A DNA stretch of 64,000 nucleotides. Source: an uncultured Rikenellaceae bacterium (GTDB lineage: Bacteria; Bacteroidota; Bacteroidia; Bacteroidales; VadinHA17). This document shows, in pieces, positions 1 through 8,820 of this stretch (its first letter is position 1; each line of letters begins with the position of its first letter). The notes under the pieces were generated by a model. The model saw nothing but the letters and a program-made list of their open reading frames with translations. It had not been told where the DNA came from and did no database searches. Both the position numbers and the translations under genes were made by a program. Location: contig CAZQVL010000001.1 of assembly GCA_964596715.1 (NCBI GenBank), positions 37,212-101,211 on the forward strand, given 5' to 3'.

Positions 1-9
1 GTAACGAAC

Positions 10-1566
10 ATGATTGAGAATGTTGATTTGACTCTTGTGGACTGGTCGAGAGCACAGTTTGCCCTGACAGCCATTTATCACTGGCTTTTTGTGCCTCTTA
101 CACTGGGGCTTTCATTCCTGATAGCAATAATGGAGACCATTTATGTAAGGACAGGGAGGGAGGAGTGGAAGCGGCTTACCCGGTTCTGGATGACACTTTT
201 TGGTATTAACTTTGCCATTGGAGTTGCCACCGGTATAATCCTTGAATTTGAGTTCGGGACAAACTGGTCGAGCTACTCCTGGTTTGTAGGAGATATCTTC
301 GGAGCACCACTTGCCATTGAAGGCATTCTGGCGTTTTTCCTCGAATCAACATTTATTGCCGTAATGTTTTTTGGATGGAATAAAGTAGGTAAAAAGTTCC
401 ACCTTGCTTCAACATGGCTTGTTGCTGTTGGAGCCAACCTGTCGGCTCTCTGGATCCTGGTGGCTAACGCCTGGATGCAAAACCCTGTTGGGATGATATT
501 TAATCCCGAAACAGCCCGAAATGAAATGATTAATTTCTGGGAAGTTCTGTTTAATCCGGTTGCGGTTGATAAATTCCTTCACACAATATCGTCGGGTTTT
601 CTGTTGGCCTCAATGTTTGTACTTGGAATAAGTGCATGGTATCTTCTGAAAAAAAGGGAGGAGTGGCTGGCGAAAAGAAGTATTCTCATTGCAGCAATCT
701 TTGGTCTTTTTTCAGCATTGCTGGTTGCCTATACAGGTGATACTTCAGCAAGAACCCTCGCTAAAGTACAACCTGTAAAATTTGCCGCATTTGAAGCTCT
801 GTATGACGGGAAAGAGGATGCTGGCCTGGTGATGGCAGGATTTTTGAAAGATTCTGACAACAGAATAGGACAGAATAACATTAAGGATTTTGTCTTCAGG
901 ATCGAAATACCAGGATTCCTCTCTGTTATGACCGGTGGGAACAGAGATACCTGGGTAGCGGGAATCAAGGATCTCGTTAATGGTAATCCTGAACAGGGAT
1001 TATTGGCTGTCAGGGAAAAAATGGAGCGGGGTAATCTTGCAAAGGACCTACTGCTGGACTATAAAAGAGCCAGGTCTGTGAATGATACTAAGCATATTGA
1101 GACCTTAAAGGAAATTTTCCGGGATAAAGATTTCATTGACAGCTATTTCCGGTATTTTGGGTATGCCTCACTGGGGAGGCCGGAAGATGCAATACCAAAT
1201 GTCCCGATTGCATTTTATAGTTTTCACCTGATGGTTATACTGGGCTTTTTCTTCATACTGGTTTTTGCTCTTGCCCTCTATTATCTTTTCAGAGACTCTC
1301 TTACCAGGCACAGGTGGTTCCTGTGGATTGCTCTTTTCTCAATACCACTGCCTTATATCGCAGGTGAACTTGGGTGGGTCCTTGCGGAAATGGGACGCCA
1401 GCCCTGGATTATACAGGACCTGATGGCGGTGAACACTGCTGTAACACAAATAGATCCTGGAGCAGTAAAAACTACTTTTATTCTGTTTGCAGTTATGTTC
1501 ACTGTATTGCTGTTTACTGAGATCTCAATAATGATAAGACAAATAAAAATTGGTCCAAAACATTAG
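10..1566 (+). CDS. cydA: Cytochrome bd ubiquinol oxidase subunit I
   Basis: 518-aa polytopic protein. It has the CydA-typical N-terminus (WSRAQFALTAIYHWLFVPLTLGL), a long Q-loop and GRQPW near the C-terminus. cydB follows 11 nt downstream. Confidence 0.95.
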   Translation: MIENVDLTLVDWSRAQFALTAIYHWLFVPLTLGLSFLIAIMETIYVRTGREEWKRLTRFWMTLFGINFAIGVATGIILEFEFGTNWSSYSWFVGDIFGAPLAIEGILAFFLESTFIAVMFFGWNKVGKKFHLASTWLVAVGANLSALWILVANAWMQNPVGMIFNPETARNEMINFWEVLFNPVAVDKFLHTISSGFLLASMFVLGISAWYLLKKREEWLAKRSILIAAIFGLFSALLVAYTGDTSARTLAKVQPVKFAAFEALYDGKEDAGLVMAGFLKDSDNRIGQNNIKDFVFRIEIPGFLSVMTGGNRDTWVAGIKDLVNGNPEQGLLAVREKMERGNLAKDLLLDYKRARSVNDTKHIETLKEIFRDKDFIDSYFRYFGYASLGRPEDAIPNVPIAFYSFHLMVILGFFFILVFALALYYLFRDSLTRHRWFLWIALFSIPLPYIAGELGWVLAEMGRQPWIIQDLMAVNTAVTQIDPGAVKTTFILFAVMFTVLLFTEISIMIRQIKIGPKH

Positions 1567-1577
1567 GAGGGATAACC

Positions 1578-2708
1578 ATGGTAACAATAATATCACATCT
1601 TTTTCTTCAGCATTACTGGTGGATAATTATCTCCCTTCTGGCAAGCCTGCTGGTCTTTCTTATGTTCGTTCAGGGTGGTCAATCAATGATATTTTCACTG
1701 CCGAAGAATGAGTCGCATAAGACAATGATAATTAATGCAATGGGAAGAAAGTGGGAGTTCACCTTTACCACTCTGGTTACATTCGGAGGAGTCTTTTTTG
1801 CATCATTCCCACTTTTTTATGCGACAAGTTTCGGTGGAGCTTACTGGGTATGGATCGCAATCCTGTTCAGTTTTATTATTCAGGCAATTGCCTATGAGTA
1901 CAGATCCAAACCTGCCAATATATTCGGGCAAAAAACATTTGATATATTCCTTTTCCTGAATGGTTCTGCCGGACCGTTTCTTATTGGTATTGCGGTTGCA
2001 ACCTTTTTTACCGGGTCCCGGTTCAGTATCAATGCTTTGTATCAGGTAAAATGGGCTACATCGTGGCATGGACTTGAAGCTCTTCTTAATGGCAGGAATG
2101 TTGCACTCGGACTGGCAGTACTGTTTCTTGCCAGAACAAATGGGCTGCTCTATATAATCAATTCAGTTGACAATGAAGATCTTAAGCATAATTCGATTAA
2201 TAAGCTTATAGTCAATTCGATAACATTTCTGATTTTCTTCCTGTTTTTTATAGTAACACTCCTTGTATCATCCGGGTTTGCAGTAAATTACAGTACCGGG
2301 GCTGTTACCATGGAGAGATTTAAATATCTGCATAATCTTATTCAGATGCCGATGGCCCTGATCCTGTTCTTAGCAGGAGTAACAGGGGTTTTATATGGTA
2401 TTGGAGTAACTGTTTTTAAGGGGTGCCGCAAAGGAATATGGTTTACAGGAGCTGGCACTGTGCTGACTGTATTCTCCCTTTTTCTGATCGCCGGATTCAA
2501 TGGAACTGCTTTTTACCCGTCAGTTCAGGATCTGAGTAGTTCATTGACTATCAGGAATGCCTCCTCCAGTTTGTTTACACTTAAAACAATGATGTATGTA
2601 TCATTTATCATCCCGTTCGTTGTCGGATATATCTGGTACGCATGGAAATCGATAAATGACAGGAAAATAACTGAAGAAGAAATGAAATCGGACGGGCATG
2701 TTTATTAA
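1578..2708 (+). CDS. cydB: Cytochrome bd ubiquinol oxidase subunit II
   Basis: 376-aa polytopic membrane protein directly after cydA. Size and hydrophobic pattern are typical of CydB. Confidence 0.92.
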   Translation: MVTIISHLFLQHYWWIIISLLASLLVFLMFVQGGQSMIFSLPKNESHKTMIINAMGRKWEFTFTTLVTFGGVFFASFPLFYATSFGGAYWVWIAILFSFIIQAIAYEYRSKPANIFGQKTFDIFLFLNGSAGPFLIGIAVATFFTGSRFSINALYQVKWATSWHGLEALLNGRNVALGLAVLFLARTNGLLYIINSVDNEDLKHNSINKLIVNSITFLIFFLFFIVTLLVSSGFAVNYSTGAVTMERFKYLHNLIQMPMALILFLAGVTGVLYGIGVTVFKGCRKGIWFTGAGTVLTVFSLFLIAGFNGTAFYPSVQDLSSSLTIRNASSSLFTLKTMMYVSFIIPFVVGYIWYAWKSINDRKITEEEMKSDGHVY

Positions 2709-2749
2709 GGTATCGGATTATTATAAAACAAATGATAAAACAATAACAA

Positions 2750-2887
2750 ATGTATCTTAACGAAATACTACAGTACCTTATCTGGCCGGCATTTATTCTG
2801 GTCAGCTGGTCTGCAATTGAGTTCGCTTTAATTTTCTACGAAAAGAAATTTCAGGAAAAGGAAGAAACATCTGAAAAATCATCGTAG
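2750..2887 (+). CDS. Candidate small single-TM protein downstream of cydB (hand-translated, 45 aa: MYLNEILQYLIWPAFILVSWSAIEFALIFYEKKFQEKEETSEKSS)
   Basis: ATG at 2750 and TAG at 2885-2887, same strand, 41 nt after the cydB stop. One hydrophobic helix is followed by a K/E-rich tail. The ORF is below the length cut-off of the supplied ORF track. No homology is claimed. Confidence 0.35.
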   Translation: MYLNEILQYLIWPAFILVSWSAIEFALIFYEKKFQEKEETSEKSS

Positions 2888-2889
2888 GT

Positions 2890-3201
2890 TTGCGCGATGA
2901 AACAAAGAGTGGTGAATGGAAATCCTGTACGCACCCCGGAACATTCCAGGGAGCCGGAGTAAAAGCATTGAAATGGCTCCAGAGGATTAAGGATGAATTC
3001 AACCTTAAAATTGCAGTTGAAGTAGCCTTTCCGCACCATGTTGAAGTATGTCTAAAGCATGGCATTGATGTATTTTGGATAGGTGCCAGGACTGTATCAA
3101 ATCCTTTTTCTGTTGAAGAGCTGTCCGCAGCTTTTTGTGGAAAAAGTATTGACCCTTATTCATCAGGAATCAATACGTATTCAGACAAATATTCTCAATA
3201 A
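2890..3201 (+). pseudogene. Remnant of a 3-deoxy-7-phosphoheptulonate (DAHP) synthase gene
   Basis: The 103-aa ORF retains only a central block: GEWKSCTHPGTFQGAGVKALKWLQ...VEVA..HHVE..LKHGIDVFWIGARTVSNPFSVEEL. This resembles the Bacteroidota-type DAHP synthase core (..WKPRTRPGSFEG.G..GL.WL...EVA...HVE......D..WIGARTTVNPFSVQE..). The N-terminal and C-terminal thirds are missing, KPRT is degraded to KSCT, and the only start is TTG. Confidence 0.6.
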
Positions 3202-3226
3202 TCTTAAAACAAACAGGGAACGCTGG

Positions 3227-3946
3227 TCAGAAGAGGAGTGATATAAGTGAAACAATAATATAAAGAGGTATTACTAAAGGAGCTGCCTTTATTCCAAATA
3301 TTGCAAGAGAGATAAGTACCAGCAAAGCAAGAAGATACCTGCCTTCGTTACCCTTTATCCTGAAATTCGGAATTTTAAATGAAAGGAATTGCAGATTACT
3401 AACCATAAGGATTGAAAGGATAACAGTAAGAATATCAAGTCCGATGAGCGATCCGGCAAACGATTTAATTATCGAGGAATCTGAATAATTTGCTGCAATA
3501 ACAACTGAAATAACAGCAAGAGCATTTGCCGGCGTGGGTAGACCCCTGAAAGAGGTAGCTTGAGAGGGATCGATATTGAATTTGGCAAGTCTTATAGCAG
3601 CACATACCGGCATTATTACCGGAATAGAAATAATAACAAGGAGCATTATTGCTTCGAGTCCGGAGCTATAAACACCTGGTAAAGGCATGGCATTGCTGAG
3701 AAGCCTGTAGATGATAAATCCTGGTGCAGCACCGAAACTGACAAGATCAGCCAGACTGTCGAGCTCTTTCCCTATATCAGAATAGGCTTTCAGAATTCTG
3801 GCAGAAAAACCATCCAGAAAATCGAAGATCATTGCAACCAGAATGAGCCACGAAGCAGTAGTCAGATCTCCGTTTGCAGCAAAGATTATTGCAATGAATC
3901 CTGAAGCCAGGTTAAGGGAAGTAAGGAAATTGGGAAGATGTTTCAT
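3227..3946 (-). CDS. pssA: CDP-diacylglycerol--serine O-phosphatidyltransferase (CDP-alcohol phosphatidyltransferase family)
   Basis: The CDP-alcohol transferase motif DG..AR........G...D...D is present as DFLDGFSARILKAYSDIGKELDSLADLVSFG. The 239-aa protein is polytopic. Confidence 0.88.
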   Translation of the reverse strand: MKHLPNFLTSLNLASGFIAIIFAANGDLTTASWLILVAMIFDFLDGFSARILKAYSDIGKELDSLADLVSFGAAPGFIIYRLLSNAMPLPGVYSSGLEAIMLLVIISIPVIMPVCAAIRLAKFNIDPSQATSFRGLPTPANALAVISVVIAANYSDSSIIKSFAGSLIGLDILTVILSILMVSNLQFLSFKIPNFRIKGNEGRYLLALLVLISLAIFGIKAAPLVIPLYIIVSLISLLF

Positions 3947-4022
3947 TCCGGCAAAATGAAAATTATTGTACTGGAAGGGAATAAAATTACGATTATTTTA
4001 TTTATAAATATAAACAAATACC

Positions 4023-4180
4023 ATGGAGGGACTTTTTTACCCTTCTCTTCGCTTTCGCGCAGCTCTACGTCTTCCATCGGCCACCAAAGGCTGTCGCTTA
4101 CGCTCCCTAGCTTCAGCGACGGAGCGGGGAGCTTCAGCGTAGGCGCACGGGGAAGCAAGGTCAGCGAAGCAAAGTGGAGG
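4023..4180. repeat. GC-rich intergenic island bounded by TGGAGGG direct repeats, with an internal tandem duplication
   Basis: TGGAGGG occurs at 4024-4030 and 4174-4180. AGCTTCAGCG(A/T)..GG.GC..GGGG is duplicated in tandem at 4109-4129 and 4130-4152. The island is visibly GC-rich against AT-rich flanks in the divergent pssA/HAD promoter region. Confidence 0.45.
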
Positions 4181-4237
4181 TGTGGAGGGTATTTATATTA
4201 CCTTTTTCTTATTTTTGCGTGAATTAACAGAATACAG

Positions 4238-4693
4238 ATGATTGACTTCACTAATGTGAAAATTGCCGTTGATTTTGACGGAACAATTGTTGAACATGAA
4301 TATCCAGAGATAGGCAGGGAGAAGCTTTTTGCTTTTCAGACACTGAAGGAACTTGAGAAAATGGGGGCAAGGCTTATTCTGTGGACTTTCCGTACAGGGA
4401 AGGAATTAGATGAGGCGGTTGAGTATTGCCGCAAGAACGGAATTGAATTTTACGCGGTGAATAAGAATTATCCTGAAGAAATATTTGATGACACTGTAAG
4501 CAGAAAAATTGATGCAGATATCTATATCGATGACAAGAATGTCGGAGGATTTCCAGGCTGGAGTGAAGTCTGGCAGATTCTTGTTCCTTTCGAGATTCAT
4601 GAGAAAGAGGCTGAAAGACGTATTGCTGCAGCAAGGAAAAATAAGATAAAAAGGTTTTTTGGAAAAAAAGATAAACCAGATGAGACCAAATGA
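4238..4693 (+). CDS. HAD-superfamily hydrolase-like protein (small, capless)
   Basis: The N-terminal HAD motif I, DxDGT, is present (KIAVDFDGTIV). The 151-aa size and the later IYIDDK acidic motif fit the family. Confidence 0.6.
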   Translation: MIDFTNVKIAVDFDGTIVEHEYPEIGREKLFAFQTLKELEKMGARLILWTFRTGKELDEAVEYCRKNGIEFYAVNKNYPEEIFDDTVSRKIDADIYIDDKNVGGFPGWSEVWQILVPFEIHEKEAERRIAAARKNKIKRFFGKKDKPDETK

Positions 4694-5804
4694 ATATTTC
4701 GGGTATATTGTATCAGTCTTATTAATGTTGCTTATTATATGGACAATTTCATGTTCAGGTCGACCGGGCAAAACCATAGAACAAAAGCCGGAACCGGTCA
4801 TTACTGAAACTGAACAGCAACCTGCAAGGCTCATAAAAATGTTATCTCCTTCCGAAAATGAGGAATACAAAACAGGAAATCAGATAAAAATATCGGTGGC
4901 TCCTGAAGTCAATGACAGACCTCCTGATTCGGTGATGATATACTTTGATGGCAGACAGGTTTCAGTACTTAACTCCGCACCCTGGGAATATACTGTTCCT
5001 TCCGGGTTTACCGGTACAACAGGCAGAAAATCGGTTAAGGCCGTCGGTTACAGAAATAAAAGATTTCAGACAATTACACTTTTTATAATTGTTTTTTCAG
5101 ACATTATTCCCAAAAATAATGGTTTTAAAATTGTACATACTTATCCTCACGACAGTGAGGCATTTACCCAGGGGCTGTTTTATGATAATGGATTCCTTTA
5201 TGAAGGTACAGGACAGGAAGCTGGTTCAAGTCTTCGGGAAGTTGAGATTGAATCGGGCAAGGTTCTCCGGCAACTCCATCTCGAATCATCATTATTCGGA
5301 GAGGGAATTACCCTTTACGGCGACCGTATTTACCAGGTGACATGGCAGAATAAGGTCGGTTTTGTATATGATAAAAACACTTTCCGGCAGATCAATAAAA
5401 TTTATTACCAGACCCAGGGCTGGGGACTGACGACTATGAACGATAAAATAGTTATGAGTGACGGATCGAATGTTTTGTATTTTTTTGAACCTGAATTATT
5501 TACAGTTGTTTCGCGCATTGAAGTTTACGATCATGAGAAGAAGGTTGACCAGCTTAATGAGCTTGAATACATTAATGGTGAAATCTGGGCTAACGTATGG
5601 ATGTCTGACCTCATTGCCAGAATAGATCCGGCTACCGGCAAAGTAAATTCTTATATCAATCTAACCACCCTTTATCCTGAAGCGCAACGAAGAGAAACAG
5701 GTGCTGATGTTCTGAACGGTATTGCTTACGATCCTCAGGGCAAAAGGATTTTCGTAACAGGCAAGAGATGGCCAAAGCTTTATGAGATAAGGATCACGGA
5801 ATAA
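4680..5804 (+). CDS. Glutaminyl-peptide cyclotransferase (plant/bacterial beta-propeller type) with N-terminal lipoprotein signal and an extra domain
   Basis: The C-terminal ~260 aa match glutamine cyclotransferase (YPHDSEAFTQGLFYDNGFLYEGTGQ..SSLREV...G.). The preferred start is ATG 4680, which gives MRPNEYFGYIVSVLLMLLIIWTISC (signal plus Cys). The track ORF begins at 4659. Confidence 0.85.
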   Translation: MRPNEYFGYIVSVLLMLLIIWTISCSGRPGKTIEQKPEPVITETEQQPARLIKMLSPSENEEYKTGNQIKISVAPEVNDRPPDSVMIYFDGRQVSVLNSAPWEYTVPSGFTGTTGRKSVKAVGYRNKRFQTITLFIIVFSDIIPKNNGFKIVHTYPHDSEAFTQGLFYDNGFLYEGTGQEAGSSLREVEIESGKVLRQLHLESSLFGEGITLYGDRIYQVTWQNKVGFVYDKNTFRQINKIYYQTQGWGLTTMNDKIVMSDGSNVLYFFEPELFTVVSRIEVYDHEKKVDQLNELEYINGEIWANVWMSDLIARIDPATGKVNSYINLTTLYPEAQRRETGADVLNGIAYDPQGKRIFVTGKRWPKLYEIRITE

Positions 5805-6747
5805 GCTTTGTTCCATATACTATTTGTATTGCAGCCGGGATGATGCTGAATTCTACAGGAGTGTGTCCGAGCGATTCCCCGTCAGCTTCTGCAAATAATA
5901 CCTGTTCTGACCGCACTATAAGGTTATTACTGCGGTATCCGTCAACTTTTGGATGGCTTAAGATTGTGCCGTCGTAGAGTATCTTCAGGCTTCTGATTAT
6001 TTCAATCCTTCCCATCTCTCTGATTACTGTAATGTCAAGAAGGCCATCGTCCGGTACAGCATCAGGTGTTTGTCTCATTCCTCCGCCACAATACCTTCCG
6101 TTACCAACATTGATTGAAAAAATCTTACACCTATTCGTATTGCCATCAATGATAATGTCTGCAACTGGCTTTTTATATGAAACAAGACTTGTTAACAGGT
6201 TATAAAAATAAATAGCATTATTGCTTTTTCCCTTGTCTTTCTGTTTATTGGTTTTTCTTACCACCATTGCTTCAAATCCGAGACCGGCTATATTAATAAA
6301 ATATCTCCTGTGAGGTTTGTCACCGTAATAGTAATCTATCACTCCGATATCGTGCAGTAAAAGCTTATTTTCTTTGATTACATCAATTGCTCCTTCATAG
6401 ATAAGTGGGATTCCGAACATACGTCCCCAGTCGTTACCGGTGCCAACCGGCACCATTCCCACTGCAATATCTTTCGGAGAACAGACCTCCTGTATAAAGC
6501 TCCCGTTAACTATCTCATTCAGAGTACCATCACCGCCAACGCAAACTATCTTCCTGAATCCTGCTTTTATGGCATCTCTCGTAAATTCAATTGCATGACC
6601 CTTTTTTTCTGTAAACTTAATATCTAAGGGGATGCCGGCTTTATCAAAAAGAGCAGTAATTCTCTTCCAGTCTTTTTCCCCTTTACCGTTCCCTGCATTT
6701 GGATTAACGATAGTAAACCATTCGTTACGCACTGGATTATCTGGCAT
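5794..6747 (-). CDS. YegS/BmrU-type diacylglycerol/lipid kinase
   Basis: DAGK catalytic-domain motifs are present (FTIVNPNAGNGKG, VCVGGDGTLNEIVNG, VPVGTGNDW). The preferred start is ATG at 6747 (MPDNPVRNEW). The track ORF extends to 6891. Confidence 0.85.
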   Translation of the reverse strand: MPDNPVRNEWFTIVNPNAGNGKGEKDWKRITALFDKAGIPLDIKFTEKKGHAIEFTRDAIKAGFRKIVCVGGDGTLNEIVNGSFIQEVCSPKDIAVGMVPVGTGNDWGRMFGIPLIYEGAIDVIKENKLLLHDIGVIDYYYGDKPHRRYFINIAGLGFEAMVVRKTNKQKDKGKSNNAIYFYNLLTSLVSYKKPVADIIIDGNTNRCKIFSINVGNGRYCGGGMRQTPDAVPDDGLLDITVIREMGRIEIIRSLKILYDGTILSHPKVDGYRSNNLIVRSEQVLFAEADGESLGHTPVEFSIIPAAIQIVYGTKLIP

Positions 6748-7010
6748 GTGTAATTTGATTAAATTTTTTGTAAAGATGTGAATAAAATGGAAAACAGGAT
6801 GTTTTGTTCCTGAACGGCTCAGGGAGGAAAGAAATTTACTGCCACAAACCTGCCTGCTGGCAGGAAGGGGTACAAAGAGACTAAGTTTCACAAAGACAAT
6901 ATATTAAGTATGCGATTGCAAACAAGGTGTGTTAATAAAATGTTGAAAACCGCAAAAAAATTGTTTACAATTACATTATTGGAGTTCGGCACCGCTGGAT
7001 CAATAAATAG

Positions 7011-7018
7011 TAAATTTG
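7011..7018 (+). promoter_or_regulatory. Candidate Bacteroides-type -7 promoter element (TAAATTTG) upstream of parA
   Basis: The sequence matches the TAnnTTTG consensus 38 nt upstream of the parA ATG. Confidence 0.3.
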
Positions 7019-7055
7019 AAGCTCAAAATATTTGAAGAAACATAAATAAATACAT

Positions 7056-7838
7056 ATGGGAATGATCATAGCAATAGCAAACCAAAAGGGTGGAGTAGGG
7101 AAAACAACAACAGCAATAAACCTTGCAGCAAGTCTTGCTGCTCTTGAAAAAAAAGTACTGATTGTTGATGGCGATCCTCAGGCAAATGCAACCTCGGGTA
7201 TCGGCATTGATACCCGCCAGATAAGGTCCACTATTTACGATTGTCTTATTGACGGTCAAGAACCGCATGATGCAGTGCACCAGTGTGGCATTGAAAACCT
7301 GTCAATAATGCCTTCGAATATCGACCTCGTAGGTGCTGAGATTGAGATGCTTGATAAACCTGAAAGGGAAAAAATAATGAAAGGGATTCTTAAAAAAGTA
7401 GAAGGTGATTTTGACTATGTATTTATTGATTGTTCACCATCGCTGGGACTTCTGACCGTTAATGCACTGACTGCTGCACATTCGGTTATTATTCCTGTTC
7501 AATGTGAATATTTTGCACTTGAAGGGCTCGGCAAGTTGCTAAACACCATAAGGATCATTCAGAACAATCTTAACATGGATCTTGAGATTGAAGGTTTTCT
7601 TCTGACAATGTACGATTCAAGACTAAGGTTATCGAACCAGGTTGCAGAAGAGGTTAACAAGCATTTCCAGGAGATGGTCTTCAAGACCATTATACAAAGA
7701 AACATTAAGCTGTCCGAAGCACCTAGTTTTGGCCAACCTGCCATCCTGTATGATGCTGATTCGCGTGGATCGGTTAATTACCTTAACCTTGCCAAAGAAC
7801 TGATAGAGAAACATGAAGTTAAAGTACAGCAAAACTGA
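7056..7838 (+). CDS. parA: Chromosome partitioning ATPase ParA/Soj
   Basis: The deviant Walker A KGGVGKTT is present, the protein is 260 aa, and parB follows. Confidence 0.95.
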   Translation: MGMIIAIANQKGGVGKTTTAINLAASLAALEKKVLIVDGDPQANATSGIGIDTRQIRSTIYDCLIDGQEPHDAVHQCGIENLSIMPSNIDLVGAEIEMLDKPEREKIMKGILKKVEGDFDYVFIDCSPSLGLLTVNALTAAHSVIIPVQCEYFALEGLGKLLNTIRIIQNNLNMDLEIEGFLLTMYDSRLRLSNQVAEEVNKHFQEMVFKTIIQRNIKLSEAPSFGQPAILYDADSRGSVNYLNLAKELIEKHEVKVQQN

Positions 7839-7872
7839 ATAAATCTTAGCATTTACCAGAAATAGTAATTAA

Positions 7873-8754
7873 ATGGCAAAGAAAAATGCGTTAGGAAGAG
7901 GACTCGGTGCGTTAATTGATGGCGTGGAAAAGGAAATCCTTGAAAGGAAAGTGGAAGCTAACCTTGATATTTCTGTAGATTCTATTGATGGTAATCCTTT
8001 TCAGCCCAGAACCAGTTTTGATGAACAGGCAATGGAAGAACTGGCAAGATCCATTAAAAAACTGGGTCTTGTACAACCGCTTACCGTGCGTGAAACAGGT
8101 AATGGCAGATATCAGCTCATTGCGGGAGAAAGAAGACTCAGGGCAGCACGGATAGCCGGTCTTTCACGTGTACCCGCATACATCAGAACTGCTGATGATC
8201 AGGCTATGCTAGAACTGGCACTGGTTGAAAATATTCAACGCGAAGATCTTGACGCCATGGAGGTGGCAATAAGTTTTCAGAGACTCATCGAGGAGTGCAA
8301 ATTAACTCAGGAACAATTGAGCGACAGAGTCGGTAAACAGCGTTCAACTGTCGCAAACTACCTCAGGTTACTCAAGTTACCCGCAGAAATACAGCTTGGA
8401 ATCAGGAACAAGCACCTTATGATGGGTCACGCACGTACCCTTGTTAATATAGAAGATCCTAAAAAACAGATAAACATCTACTACCGTATCATCGACGGTG
8501 ATCTGTCTGTCCGTCAGGCAGAAGATCTGGTCAGATATATCCAGGCTGAGAAAAGCAAAGATCCTGCAAGGATTGAAAAGAAGAAGAAGCTAAATGAAGA
8601 TTTCATACAGCTATCTGAGCATCTGAAAAAGATATTCTCGACCGATGTCAACTTCCGGATCAATGAACAGGGAAAAGGTAAAATAGTTATCCCATTCGAT
8701 AATCCTGAGGAGATGGAGCGCATTTTGAGTGTGTTTGACCGCCTTAACTCCTGA
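7873..8754 (+). CDS. parB: Chromosome partitioning protein ParB/Spo0J
   Basis: The ParB box GERRLRAA and an HTH (TQEQLSDRVGKQRSTVANYLRLLKLP) are present. The protein is 293 aa. Confidence 0.95.
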   Translation: MAKKNALGRGLGALIDGVEKEILERKVEANLDISVDSIDGNPFQPRTSFDEQAMEELARSIKKLGLVQPLTVRETGNGRYQLIAGERRLRAARIAGLSRVPAYIRTADDQAMLELALVENIQREDLDAMEVAISFQRLIEECKLTQEQLSDRVGKQRSTVANYLRLLKLPAEIQLGIRNKHLMMGHARTLVNIEDPKKQINIYYRIIDGDLSVRQAEDLVRYIQAEKSKDPARIEKKKKLNEDFIQLSEHLKKIFSTDVNFRINEQGKGKIVIPFDNPEEMERILSVFDRLNS

Positions 8755-8780
8755 AAATAATTATCTTTGTCGCGCTGATA

Positions 8781-8820
8781 TACAGGTAATGGAGGCAAAT
8801 ACCTGTAAATATTTGTTTTG
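8781..8820 (+). terminator. Possible stem-loop after parB
   Basis: TACAGGTA (8781-8788) pairs with TACCTGTA (8800-8807) across an 11-nt loop, followed by a T-rich stretch. This is a weak candidate because the next ORF starts at 8818 or 8827. Confidence 0.3.

Noticed and set aside
3938-4222. A 94-aa plus-strand ORF and a 71-aa minus-strand ORF (3943-4158) covering the GC-rich island.
   Set aside because: They overlap each other on opposite strands, have low-complexity Ser/Gly/Arg-rich products, and coincide exactly with the compositional island. They are most likely artefacts.
8158-8175. A parS-like sequence (TCTTTCACGTGTACCC) inside parB.
   Set aside because: Only about 12 of 16 positions match TGTTTCACGTGAAACA. 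The right half-site is essentially absent, so this is not a convincing centromere site.
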